DNA from: Heteronotia binoei
Taxonomy: Eukaryota
Direction of reading: 5' to 3'
Assembly (NCBI RefSeq): GCF_032191835.1
Contig: NC_083233.1
Location: forward strand, 53,506,001 to 53,570,000
Length of the DNA: 64,000 nt
Shown piece by piece: positions 1-12,500 of the stretch; position 1 is the first letter of the stretch; each line of letters begins with the position of its first letter. Position numbers and translations under genes: made by a program. Under the pieces are notes generated by a model, which searched no databases, was not told where the DNA came from, and was given only the letters and a program-made list of their open reading frames with translations.

Positions 1-534
1 TCTGCCATGAAAACGTGAAAGCAACGTCACCCCAGAGTCGGAAATGACTGCTGCTTGCACAGGGGACCTTTCCTTTTCTTCCTTGGTAGGGAGATCTCTC
101 CTAAGCAGTTATCCAGATTTCAGGGCCCCATCACCACCTGTTGTCTGTCCTGTTTGGTGAAATACACAGGCAAATAATAGCTGGCGGGGTGGATTTGAAG
201 ACAGAACAACAGTGTGATGGGGGAAGTTAAATCCTTTTCTTCCAGTGTGCAGCCTCAAGCTGTACAGAGATACCCCCCATGGACCATTTGCTACCTATCA
301 AGAAAAAAAAATGCCCTGAAAATCTATTTACAGTTCATCCAGTCTAATGAGAGAAAGCAGGTTGCTTCCAAAATATCTTCTAAGGTTCAGCTCCAGCCCT
401 GGGACGAGGAATTGCCAGATTTTCAAGCATGCCCTTGAACAAAGCTTGATTTGTAAGAATTAGCAGCTGGAGAACTGCTCAAACCCCTTTGCGCCCCTGA
501 TGATAGATTGAGCCACTATTAAAGGCACAGCTAG

Positions 535-720
535 CCCTGACCTGCAAAGCCCAGGCAAGCCTGATATTGTCAGATCTTGGAGGAAGCTAAGCTTTCACTA
601 CTATTTGGAAGGGATGACCTCCAAGGAATACCAGGATTGTGATGCAGAGCTAGGCAATGGCAAACTACCTATGAAATGTCTTTTACCTTAAAAGCAAGTC
701 TAACTTGCCACTTAGTGATG
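535..720 (+). mobile_element. 5S rRNA-derived SINE (5S-Sauria-like). Further copies: 1836-1887 + 2844-2955 (+, split); ~9820-9935, ~33170-33270, ~53640-53845, ~60110-60270, ~60715-60895 (-)
   Basis: Diverged 5S-like core (GTCAGATCT..GAAGCTAAG..TTGGA.GGGA.ACC) joined to a GGCAATGGCAAACCACCT tail. Confidence 0.7.
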
Positions 721-1887
721 CATAACTCTAAAATAGATAGAACTTATGACTGCCAGGATCTGGCTATTCTATACACAATGCCATGATAATTAATTAAAGG
801 CACAGAGGCAGGAACTGCCTTATCTCTGAGAAACTTTCAGTATAGCACTTTTTCCTCAGCATGAAGCCATACGAACAGCTTTATATAAGTGTGTTGAACA
901 GACAAAGCTGCCTAATCTCAAGTATGCCTTAGCACCTCTCCCTCGTTTTAGAACTGTTGCTCTGTATGTAGCTGTACCTACATAGAACACCTGACCATCT
1001 GCAATACCTTTCGTTTTACTTGCAAACAACACCACACACCCTGGTTAGTTCACCCCTCAGACTGATACCAGAAGAAAAGTTTCAGTTTGCAGGAAAAACT
1101 TTTTGCCTACCCTGAGATCCAGACAATCCCCAGCAGGTGGAATGCAAAAGTGACCACTTGGTAAATGTGTCTTTGTGCTGAGTCTCTCTCCAAGGGAACT
1201 GATCCAGATGAGTACCTGGCAAATTTTTTACTTTCTCCAGGAAGCGTGCTGAGTGCCAGTGTAGAGTCACATGATGAAAACTGAGTTCTGTGCTGGACAG
1301 GTCCCTTCCCCCTTCCAGCATTATTGACACAACTGCAGGAGATATGGTTTGCAGATTCCAAAGAGTTTAGTCATTCAATGGGACAGAAAGAATCTCAGCT
1401 CTGTAACCTAACATGTAAAAATTTAACAGGTGAAACATTTATTGCGTGGGAGAAAATGTCTGGAAAAACTTCATCAGAATTTCTGTTTGTCATACAGCTG
1501 TTAAAACATAGGAGCCACACCAGAGCGGAAAGTTGGCAGCTCCATTTTCTTTTTAGAAATGAGAAAGACAATCCCAAACAAATTGACTTGGATGGGAATC
1601 TCACTGAAACCAGTAAAGTAAACCTAGTTAGGAGTGGGATGTAAATTGGGTAGAGTAATTCTGGAGATATGTGTTGCAGGCCTTTCTTTCAAAGGTAACA
1701 TATGAAGCGACTTTATAAAGACTCAGACCATTTTGTTTAATATTGGCTGCTCTGACCAGGGTTTGTAATAGACCTGGAGGAACAAAAGACCTGTCACTTT
1801 AATAGACTCTTAATGGGATGATACTTAACAGGTGCCCTGACCTGAATAGCCCTCAGGAACCTCTCATCTTGTCAGATCTGAAAGCTA

Positions 1888-2843
1888 GACTATAAATGAA
1901 AAAATGTCAGGGTGAAACTATGTTATCAAAACATATATGTAATAGGGAAAACCCTTTTGGCCTCTACTTCTGAATAGACTCTGCTCCTAAATAATCTAAG
2001 ATAAACAATATAAATGTGCACAAAGGGCACTTTAATAATCCAAAGCTTGTGCCTTAAACAGACTGCAATATGAAACACAAGATTGCACGCAGGCACTTAG
2101 ACATGACTTCTATTCTCAAACAGTCTGCACCAAAATGAATTCAAAGCAGTCTGCAGAAAAATCACAGGCACTTTTAAAGTGCACGCAGGCACTTTTAAAG
2201 TGCACGCAGGCACTTTTAGAAGGTTAAGAATCTGCTGTAGACTCATGAACCAAAATCATAAGAGAACTGTCTGTAATGAATTATTGCATCCAGATTGTAC
2301 ACAGAAACTTAAAGAAACCAATTATCCCACTTCACAGTCTTGCTTGTTCAGTCCACTGTTTTTTCAGTGAGGTGTAGGATAAATAATAAGTTCATCCACA
2401 TTAAGCCAGTCCACGTTAGCCGGTGTCAAACGTTTCATTGCCGTTTTCAAGACTGATGGCTTTTAATTCTGTCTCTTCCTCACAAGGCTCTAGTTCATTC
2501 TTTGTAAGGACGGAGTGGGTTCTCCTAAAGTGGCTTCGTCATTGTGAGGAAGAGACAGGATTTTGGGGTTCCTATTTTGAGAACAGAGGTCATGTCTAAG
2601 TGCCTGCGTGCACTCTTGTGTTTCATATTGCAGTCTGTTTAAGGCAGAAGCTTTGGATTATTAAAGTGCCTTTTGTGCACATTTATATTGTTTATCTTAT
2701 ATAATTTAGGAGCAGAGTCTACTCAGAAGTAGAGGCCAAAAGGGTTTTCCCTATTACATATATGTTTTGATTGTATAGTTTCACCCTGATGTTTTTTTAT
2801 TCATAGTCTTGCTTAAACTCAGGGAGCCCCCCCTTTTCTCTAT
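1888..2843. mobile_element. Unclassified fold-back insertion with ~233-bp inverted arms and a 14-bp TSD
   Basis: 1888-2120 is the reverse complement of 2576-2808 (no gaps, ~15 mismatches by hand count); flanked by AGATCTGAAAGCTA at 1874-1887 and 2844-2857. Confidence 0.75.
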
Positions 2844-4969
2844 AGATCTGAAAGCTAAGCAGGGTCTGGGAGACCACCAAGGAAATCCAGGGTTGCAACG
2901 CAGAGGCAGGCAATGGCAAACCACCTCTGAACTTCTCTTGCCTTGAAAACCCTACAGTGCCTTGAAAACCTGTCAAGTGTCAGCACATTCCTTCCCCAAG
3001 TGATCTTATTTACCTGTATGCCATTAAAACCTTCAACAGCTCCTTTCCAAACATTAGGCCTTGGTGAAAAAGGCAGGATATTTCCCCCCCACACACACAC
3101 ACTCAGGCCCACTGGTAGCCCTAGCTCTGCCTGGCAGCTGCTCTTATTCACAACACCTGCTGCTTGAAAACCTGTAGCTGGAAATCCCAGGAGACAAAGA
3201 GAGGGCCTTCTGTATGCAACAGAGAGCTTCTTCCATTTGAGCTATGCCCCATTCTGGTCCTGATCTTCTAACACTGTACATTAATCAAATGGAGTTATTG
3301 CCCTGCTTGGATAAGTTGCACCTGTAATTTCTGGCATTAGGAAATCCTATTAAGAACACTGGAGGGAAATGAAAACAAAAAGAAGGTGGCATCCTGGACC
3401 TGAGAACATGCATCAAAGTGCTCCAGCATGTTGAAGGTTTAAAAAAAAAACAACCTTCAAATTCCTTCGACTGGCTTTAAAAATTCAAACTGTAGCACTG
3501 TGAAAAGGACAGAGAGAGATAAGCAGCACCCACAGAGACTTCCATAATAGGAAAAGCCTGCTATGATGAGGACTGCCCTTAAGAGAAGACTAAGGAGGAG
3601 CTGACTCATCCGGCATCCAGCAGTGAATGTTGTTCTTGTTCAGGTTGTCAGAAGTTCTGTGCATTCAGTTTCCCCATGAGGTGGATGTCTCACAGATGAA
3701 GCTGTCCTCTAGTGGGGGGATGCTGCACATCCACTCAATTTTCCCACTATGCCGCTAACAGGCTTTACAACAAACCTGCAGCATTTCCTAGCATTGCAAG
3801 GCTTTTCCTGTTGATTTTCTGCCTCTTGCCTAGCACAAAAGGCAATGGGGGCCTTGGCAGAGGGGGGAAAGGAGAAGGCAGAGAACAGAATGTTCCTTGT
3901 GCAAAGCGAAGGTCAGCATCCTATCAGCAGTGGGATATAATCTTGCTAATCCAAGTGTGGAGAAGCAGGAGGCCAGGGAAGGGAATACAAAAATTTAACC
4001 AAAATTGCTTCCTTGTATGGATCTCTCATTGAGGGATTAGTAAAAGTAGGCCTGGCTCAGAAGGAGCCCTGGTCTACTAAAAAATAAAGAACAAGCAAAC
4101 CTAGAAGCACCTGCCTGGGGCCAGTTTGTATTGCTTGCTGGGTTAACTGCTTTTAACAAGGGACATGAAAGAGCAGGAAACTGCATTCCCCTGTCCTGGA
4201 TTCACTATGGGACTTGAACAGGTGCTGATGGCAACTGCCTGTGGGAGGGGGGGGAGCCCTGTTCCTTTAATAAGGGCTTAACATGTGGGAGAAGGCAGCT
4301 GAAGCTTTTCACGGCATGGCAGTTAAAAATATCACCATCATAGAATCAAGAGGAACCTCCAGGGTCATCTAGTCCAACCCCCTGCACAATGCAGGAAATT
4401 CACTAATACCTTCCCCACCACCACCCCCAGTGATACCTGCTCCACACCCAGATGACAAAAAAAGAACCCTCCAGGATCCCTGGCCATACTGGCCTGGAGA
4501 AAAATTTACTGCCTGACCCCAAAGTGGCAAACAGCATTTCCTTGGTCATGTAAGAAAGGGCCACAAGACCTAAGCCCTGATGCAACCCTTCCTGCCTTCC
4601 TTCTGATCTGCTTAAATTCACAGCATTGCTGTCAGACGGCCAAATCAGCCAAACAACATCCTATTCCATCTCTTTTAAAGATGTGTTTTCTCCAAGTAGT
4701 TGGCAATCCTAGTCCTGGGTGAGTCACCCCACTTCCTTCCATGCATGTAGAGCAATCACTGATGCCTGCCCATAGCCGCCGGTCAGAACTTTGACTCACG
4801 AGCTTGTAAGAAAACTGGCAAAACTGGTTTCAAAGCAGTTAAGTAGAATATCTTCCTCACACACAAGCGCAACACCCTTCTGACTTTCTTGGGGTTAGGT
4901 GTGGCCACATTTGACCATTCATTCCACAAACAGCACCACAGCAGCCTCTACTCTGGGACCATCCACGTG

Positions 4970-7129
4970 CAGTAACTCTGACCTCCTTGAAGAAATCTCA
5001 TGCACAGGATGGATGGATGGCGTTTAAGCACATAGCCTGTTTCTTGAGCTCTGTTGAATGTTTACAGTTGCCAACTGGCCAAGTCTGGTTTGAAGCTGGA
5101 CCTTTGTCAGCCAGACGTGCAGAAACCAGCAGATGGAAGTTTTTCTAGCTGTGGAGACAAGCACTTGGTAATGTGATGTTGTTGCTAAAGGCACAAAAGT
5201 CAGGGTCAAAGAACAAGTTGTCAACCTTATTCATAGCTCTACGTGAAACTCATAGCACTACGTGAAATAAGGCAACCTTATTCAGACTTCTACATGGTGC
5301 AGCAGCAAGAATGTTGGACTAGGATCTGGAAGATTCAGGTTCAAATATTTAATCTGCCGTGGAAGCTCACGGGGTAACCTTGGGTCAGTCACACTGTCTC
5401 AGCCTAACCTACTTTATAAGATTGTTGTTGAAAAGCATGGTATCTAAACAAATGTAGCGGGTTTTTTCATTGTTGTTGCTCCGATGCTTTCACCTGAAGT
5501 CTGATAAAAAAAAAACCAAAGAAAAATGTTCCTAGCATGGACTGAAAATTCTGGGAAATGCTTTGCCTGCTCTCGTGCTGCTGTGAAAAGCAGGGGAGCA
5601 AGACCCATTTTTTAAAAAACGAAATTAGCAACCATATTTGGGTGTGAGATCTTGATTACCAAAAGTTTCGTTTCTGTTCCACAGACACATTTTTAGATTA
5701 CTCAAGTGTTGTGCTGGCTGCTAAGAGATCCTTTTTAAAAACAACACTCAGAACAAAAATATGAAAGGGAACACAGCATGCTTTTGTGATCGCACTTCCA
5801 AATAAAATTATATGGCATCAGCTAAGGAAGCTGTGGGTGAGTTTCACTCCAGGCCACTGGAAACCCGTGGGTGGCCCTGCGTAGTATTGGGTGCCATAGC
5901 AACCAACTGTGACCGGCAAGGAAAGCGAAGCCAGCCAGCCTACTTTGGCAACATGTACATGCTAGAAGCCAAAACCGCTGGAAACGCCAGGCAATTTCCT
6001 TTACTGAAATAGCTGCTTCTTGAGATACTCAACTCCCCCCTCCTTTGTAAGGGATCAGGGATGGAGGGGTGGGGCTGGTGCTCTCTTGCCTCCCACTATC
6101 TCTCCTTCCCTCCCTGAGGTCATTCAAGCACACAAGAGTAAGACAAAAATAGAACTTTTATTTGAAGGGCAAACGTAATTGGAGATGCCGGCCTGGCCTC
6201 ATTTGTGCACTTGTGGTGCCAGGAGGAGGAGGAGGGGAGCTGGGCTTTACCACCATCACAAATGGCACAATACATATTTACTTACAAAGAAAGGGGGGGT
6301 GGGAGCATTTGTGATTCATGAAACAGGATGGATACAATCCAAGAAGACGCCAAACCACACGCACAGTCAGAGAAGGTGACACCTCCATCCTCTAATTCCT
6401 CAATGATGGCAACTCCCATCACACCTTGGGAGCAGCTAGGATTAAGGGAACCAGTTCCCCAAGGCCAGTTGCTGCTCTAGAAATCTAGCAAGGGACCAGA
6501 GTGCTGAACTCCCATGCTGGCGCTTTGGGGAGGAGGAGAAAGGGTTGCTCCCTTTCCACAGTCATCCCAAAACCAAATAGGACAGTAAACATTGACATCC
6601 AAGAGCCATTGATGCTCCAGTCTTCATCAAAGCTGGTTTTCTGGCCTTCCGCAGGCTGGCCATACTGTTCTGGCCAATCACCGTCCTTTTGTCAAGTGGA
6701 AAGTCTATGGCCTCCCCAGCCAGTGGCTGCTTATGGGCAACAAAATGGGAGATGGACAGATAATGTCTCAGGCAACACTCCCCATCCCCCACAGCTTACT
6801 AGAAAACAATGACTTGAATACTGGAGAAAACACTTGTCGCTTAAGCATAGTCATTCTTGTTGAATGTGATAGTGGCTGGCTATACAATGGTCATCTGTTT
6901 ACCTAGCAGCTTAGTCCTCAACTAGAGTGGCACAGCAGGGTCAGTTCATTCATTAGGTTTCCCCCTAAATCCAAGAAAGGAAATGCACATATGCCCGAGT
7001 TTGAAAGCTACACGAACAATGACCCCTTCCACCTCCCCAGTAACCCTGACCTCCTTGAAGAAATCTCATGCACAGGATGGATGGATGGCGTTTAAGCACA
7101 TAGCCTATTTCTTGTGCACTGTTGAATGT
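4970..7129. repeat. Dispersed 92-bp direct repeat (4970-5061 and 7038-7129)
   Basis: 4 mismatches in 92 bp, offset 2068. Confidence 0.85.
6157..6162 (-). terminator. Candidate poly(A) signal AATAAA for SLC35E4 (~3-kb 3' UTR)
   Basis: First AATAAA I found on the minus strand downstream of the stop, followed by a U/GU-rich stretch. Not validated. Confidence 0.35.
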
Positions 7130-9136
7130 AGCATGTCAGGTAGCCTTTGCCCATACAACAATGACAAACCAATGCTGGGACAGTTTCCAAACAGCAGTTT
7201 GGAGGAAATGTAATGTGTGAAATGGCCTGGAGCCGAAAGAGGGAAATGAAAAGACATCTTAAAAGAAAAGGGGGATTTTACGCTTGCAAATAAATCATGT
7301 GACCCAGAGTTACATTTCAAACTGCAGGTGGGCAGGAGGGAGTTGTGTACTTGAACTCTCTCCTGTGTTTGTGTGGAGAACCTCCTTGCATGTAGAAACT
7401 AACACATCAGGAGGAAAGCTGGAAGCCATTCCCTGACATGCTAGCTTTCCATTTTTTAAAAATGGGCAGAATTCAAACATGCAGCCCACCATCAGCAGAA
7501 TGAAATGGTAAGCCAAAGAATCTGATTTATCTGCATGTGTAGAGCAGCCCTTATTACTTCAGAATGTGTTGTAGCCGATAATCTTTCACTCTGTGGACAG
7601 TAATACTGACAAGACCACACCACACCAGTGGGTTGAAGAGATGGCCTTTGAAAGAAGATGGCAGTCAACAGTGTCTGTGTGTGTGTGTAGGCAGAATGGA
7701 TCTATAATGCATTCACTCAGGCCCCAAAGTCTCCATTCACCCAGTAATCACACAAAGGCAAGCGTCTTACGTATTCCATTCTGGGCAGAAAACAAAACGT
7801 GGAAGCATACTCGAAAACTCCACACAAAATGGTAAAAACAACCAGTTACACAGCCCATGGGGCTGCTGTGCTCTGTCCAGCAGAGCAAAGTAGTGAAGGA
7901 ACACCCACTCCAAGGAGGCCAGAGGCGAATCCCATCCATGCAAGGACTGCAAGAGATGGGCAGGCATGCCCACGTAGGCATGCACAGAGACATTAAATTT
8001 GCTCTGCCCAGCAGAGGGCAAACGTACAAACAAGATACCATTACACTAGACTTTCCACCTGGCAGATGGCAGCAGCGAGCAGGAACAGAGCCCCCTGACC
8101 TTGTGCAATACTTCATCTACCGGGGCATGTTCCTACGTGGGGGTTTCTCCACACAGCTGTATCAGTGCTTTAATATAAATGGGAGAGACAGGGAGCAGCA
8201 TCCAAGGAAAGGAATACTGTGCACCAACACCACAATTCCTTCAGGCTGCTGTATCAGCTGGTGGAGAAAGAAGCCAGGATGAGTACAGCTGCCATGTAGC
8301 TTGCAGGAATCAGAAGTGCCAGACAGAACTTCGGACTCCTAACATTAAACCTCCCCCCCCAAACCCTTTTGCCAGTCTTGTGTAATAGCTAACCTTACCT
8401 CCATGCTGCACATGGCAGCTTAATTCTGTGCCTTTGGTTGATGCCTTCCCCCTTCCCAATTCCTTTTCAATAATCCACACTTTTACCTCTGAACTAGGAC
8501 AAGGGAGCAGGTGGCTACCTCTGTGGCTTCAACATGCTGTCCCTGGGAATAGAGCTGGGAACACTGTCTTGCTTGGGGGGGGGGGGAGGGAGGAGACTTT
8601 GCATACAGAAAAGCAGCATGCCAAGAAGAATGTGCTCAAACGATCCTCCCTGACAAGTGAACTTTCCGTAGGTAAAGAGGTTTTTAAACAAGTGGGGGAG
8701 AATTCAAGCACGCTGCTCTTCAGTTGCAGCAGGCAAAGGAGGTATTTCTCAGAGCCCTCTTGCTCCTGCCCAGTGTAATAGTGTCAGGCAACTTGAGGGT
8801 TAATTATTTGGGGAGGCTAAACCCTTTCAACACTCTTCTAGCCACTAATCAGCACTGCCCTCTCTCCTGCAGGCTGCAAGAGCAGCTAATACGGTATTTG
8901 GTAGAGGACAGACACGTGTGCTTGAACAGAGCTCAGGTGGGATTTAACCGTGATGCTGGCTGAGGGAAACTAAATCACCTGCAGGGATTTTGCCCTTGCA
9001 CGAGGAGGCCTTGTTTAAACTGGGACGCTACCTGTGCGGATCAAGTGCCCTATTTAAACACAAAGCCTCAGCTGGTCTCCTCTTTCAATCAGGGCTGAGC
9101 AGCTGCAGTCCCGGCCAGCCTGACAGGAGTCCCAGT

Positions 9137-9558
9137 TCAGTCTCGCTTGGCTCGCCTGCCCAAGGAATGGCAGCAGCTGGCGATGCGGTCACAGTGATGG
9201 TACATGAAGACCCCTACGAGGGTGAGGGTGATGCCCGCGTAGCCCAGCAAAGTCAGGTGGCTCCCGAAGAGCACGTGGGAGAGCAGCAGGTTCCCCACAA
9301 TGTTAAAGTTCCCGAGGATGTGGATGGTGAGGGCGGAGGTCAGCGAGATGACGCAGAAGCTGGCCAGGTTGTAAAGCACCGAGCCCAGGCAGCTCAGCAG
9401 GATGCAGAGCCAGAGGCTGTTGCTGGAGGTCAGCGTGCCATCCCAGGAGGGGCCAACTTCCAGCAAGACGGCGGCCGTGAAGAGGATGTAGAAGCTGGGC
9501 AAGGAGGTCAGGCACAGCAGAGTAGGAGAGTCCATCCGCTCCTCCTGCAGCAGTGTAC
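9137..9558 (-). CDS. SLC35E4: SLC35E4 coding exon 2 (422 nt, terminal)
   Basis: Part of ORF 9137..9601. Pyrimidine tract plus CAG acceptor; C-terminal transmembrane helices; TGA stop. Confidence 0.92.
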
Positions 9559-12500
9559 CTGTGGGGGAGAGCAGGAGAGTATCGTAATGAGAGCTTTCCA
9601 CTAGGACTGGGAGACACCTGGCTTCAAATCCCTATTTGTCCATAAAACTCACTGGTGCCAGGCTCTCCCTACTCCCTTAAGCTACCTTGCTGTGAGGATA
9701 ACACAGAGGAGGAGTCAGCTATGGGTGCTACCATGAGATCCTTGGAAGAGAAAGAAGGAGAGCGTGTCATCGGGTCACAGTGGACTCCTGGTGACCCCTT
9801 CCATTGAGCGTTCCAGGCAAGAGACAAGCAGAGGTGGTTTGCCACTGCCTGCCTCTGCATAGCAACCCTGGACTTCTCTGGCGGGCTCCCATCTAAGTAT
9901 TAACCAGGGCTGACCCTGCTTAGCTTTCGAACTCTCATGAGCTGCTCCCTTGGAGGAAGGGTGGGGCAGGCTGCTAGAACCCAGTCCAGAGGATGCAAGA
10001 GAAACCAGCTATGTCCTGTGAAAAACCAACTCATGTTAAGGCTTGTAAATACAAAAAGGAAACCACTGTATGAGTGCTCAATTTTTAAAAAGTGTTTGTA
10101 AAATATTTTTAAGCAATAAATCTATGAATACACAAACCATTTGAGGTCCTTATTAATAAACTAATATTATTATAAAGTCACAAGTCTATCTTATTAAGCC
10201 AGGGCACTATTTCACAACTTTTTGTGTAATGGTGCCCGGGCTTAATAAGTATTTAGTGGCATATTTGTGGCTGTCATCAATCTTTAAAAAAGATCTTTGT
10301 GATGCTTATGGAATATTATCTTTGAATATTACTTCTAATGCATATATTTCACTAAGGACGATAATCCTTAGTGTACTGAATGTACCTGGGAACCTCATGT
10401 GAATCTTTCTTCTGAATGGAATTTTTGAAATAACATTTGATGGTTTATATTGACTTTTTGGATGAAACTGAAAGATTGAGGTGACAAGAGAGGAGGTCCT
10501 ACAACTGATAGACGAATTAAAAACTAATAAGTCACCAGGTCCGGATGCCATACATCCAAGAGTTCTGAAAGAACTCAAAGTTGAACTTGTGGATCTCCTG
10601 ACAAAAATATGTAATCTTTCATTGAAATCTGCCTCTGTTCCTGAGGACTGGAAGGTAGCAAATGTCACCCCCATCTTTAAAAATGGTTCCAGAGGGGTTC
10701 CAGGAAATTACAGTCTGACTTCAATACCGGGAAAGTTGGTAGAATCCATTATCAAGGACAGAATGAGTAGGCACATTGATGAACACGGGTTATTGAGGAA
10801 GACTCAGCATGGGTTCTGTAAAGGAAGATCTTGCCTCACTAACCTGTTACATTTCTTTGAGGAGGTGAACAAACTGTGGACAAAGGAGACCCAATAGATG
10901 TTGTTTAGCTTTTGATAAAGTTCCTCATCAAAGGCTCCTTAGTAAGCTTGAGAGTCATGGAGTAAAAGGACAGGTCCTCTTGTGGATCAAAAACTGGCTA
11001 ATTAATAGGAAGCAGAGAGTGAGTATAAATGGGCAGTCTTCGCAGTGGAGGGCGGTAAGCAGTTGGGTGCCGCAGGGCTCAGTACTGGGTCCCATGCTCT
11101 TTAACTTGTTCATTAATGATTTGGAGTTGGGAGTGAGCAGTGAAGTGGCCAAGTTTGCAGATGACACTAAATTGTTCAGGGTGGTGAGAACCAGAGAGGA
11201 TTGTGAGGCACTCCAAAGGGATCTGTCAAGGCTGGGTGAGTGGGCGTCAACATAGCAGATGAGGTTCAATGTGTCCAAGTACAAAGTAATGCACGTTGGG
11301 GCCAAGAATTCCAGCTACAAATACAAGTTGATGGGGTGTGAACTGGCAGAGACTGCCCAAGAGAGAGATCTTGGGGTCGTGGTAGATAACTCACTGAAAA
11401 TGTCAAGACAGTGTGTGATTGCAATAAAAAGGGTCAACGCTATGCTGGGAATTATTAAGAAGGGAATTGAAAACAAATCGGCCAGTATCATAATGCCCCT
11501 GTATAAATCGATGGTGCGGTCTCATTTGGAATACTGTGTGCAATTCTGATCACCGCACCTCAAAAAGGATATTTTAGCATTGGAAAAAGTCCAGAAAAGG
11601 GCAACTAGAATGATTAAAGGGTTGGAACACTTTCCCTATGAAGAAAGGTTAAAATGCTTGGGGCTCTTTAGCTTGGAGAAACGTCGACTGCAGGGTGACA
11701 TGATAGAAGTTTACAAGATTATGCATGGGATGGAGAAAGTAGAGAAAGAAGTACTTTTCTCCCTTTCTTACAATACAAGAACTCGTGGGCATTCAATGAA
11801 ATTGCTGAGCAGTCAGGTTAAAATGGATAGAAGGAAGTACTTCTTCACTCAAAGGGTGATTAACATGTGGAATTCACTGCCACAGGAGGTGGTGGCAGCT
11901 ACAAGCAAAGCCAGCTTTAAGAGTGGGTTAGATAAAAATATGGAGCAGAGGTCTATCAGTGGCTATTAGCCACTGTGTGACAGAGAGTGTTGGACTGGAT
12001 GGGCCATTGGCCTGATGCAACATGGCTTCTCTTATGTTCTTATATTCTTATTTTTCTTCTCCATGTATTTATCAACATAGGCATTTAGGACTATTGATCT
12101 TCAGACTTGTGACTGTTTATAATAATATAATAGTTTACAGAGCTTTTTTTGTAGAAAAAGCTCAGCAGGAACTCATTTGCGTATTAGGCCACACCCCCTG
12201 ACGCCAAGCCAGCAGGAACTGTGTTCCTGTGCGTTCCTGCTCAAAAAAAGCCCTGATAATTTATTAACATGGACTTCAAAGTGTTTTTGTATTAACAGGT
12301 TTTTTATTTAAGAAAATTTTAAAAGCACTTTAAAAAATCTGCGCTCTTCATACAGTGGTTTCTTCTTTGAATTTATCAACTTGTATCCTTCTAATCACCA
12401 CTAAATGTTTCAGGTGGAGCAGAAGAGGAGCATGAGAGCCATTTCTCACAGGACAGCCAGCAGTCTGATCTCACTTTGGCACTGTGTTGAAATGCAAAGG

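Noticed and set aside
535-720. 5S rRNA-like sequences (several loci)
   Set aside because: Diverged, and fused to a SINE tail with no oligo-T terminator; these are SINEs, not rRNA genes.
2469-2558. Possible SECIS element in the 17-bp hairpin
   Set aside because: An ATGA is present on the minus strand, but the non-Watson-Crick quartet and apical AA geometry are not met, and no selenoprotein CDS is nearby.
1-9000. DUSP18, expected by human synteny downstream of SLC35E4
   Set aside because: No HCxxGxSRS phosphatase motif or matching ORF seen; if present it lies outside the window.
8990-9604. 204-aa + strand ORF
   Set aside because: Antisense shadow of SLC35E4 exon 2; no independent support.
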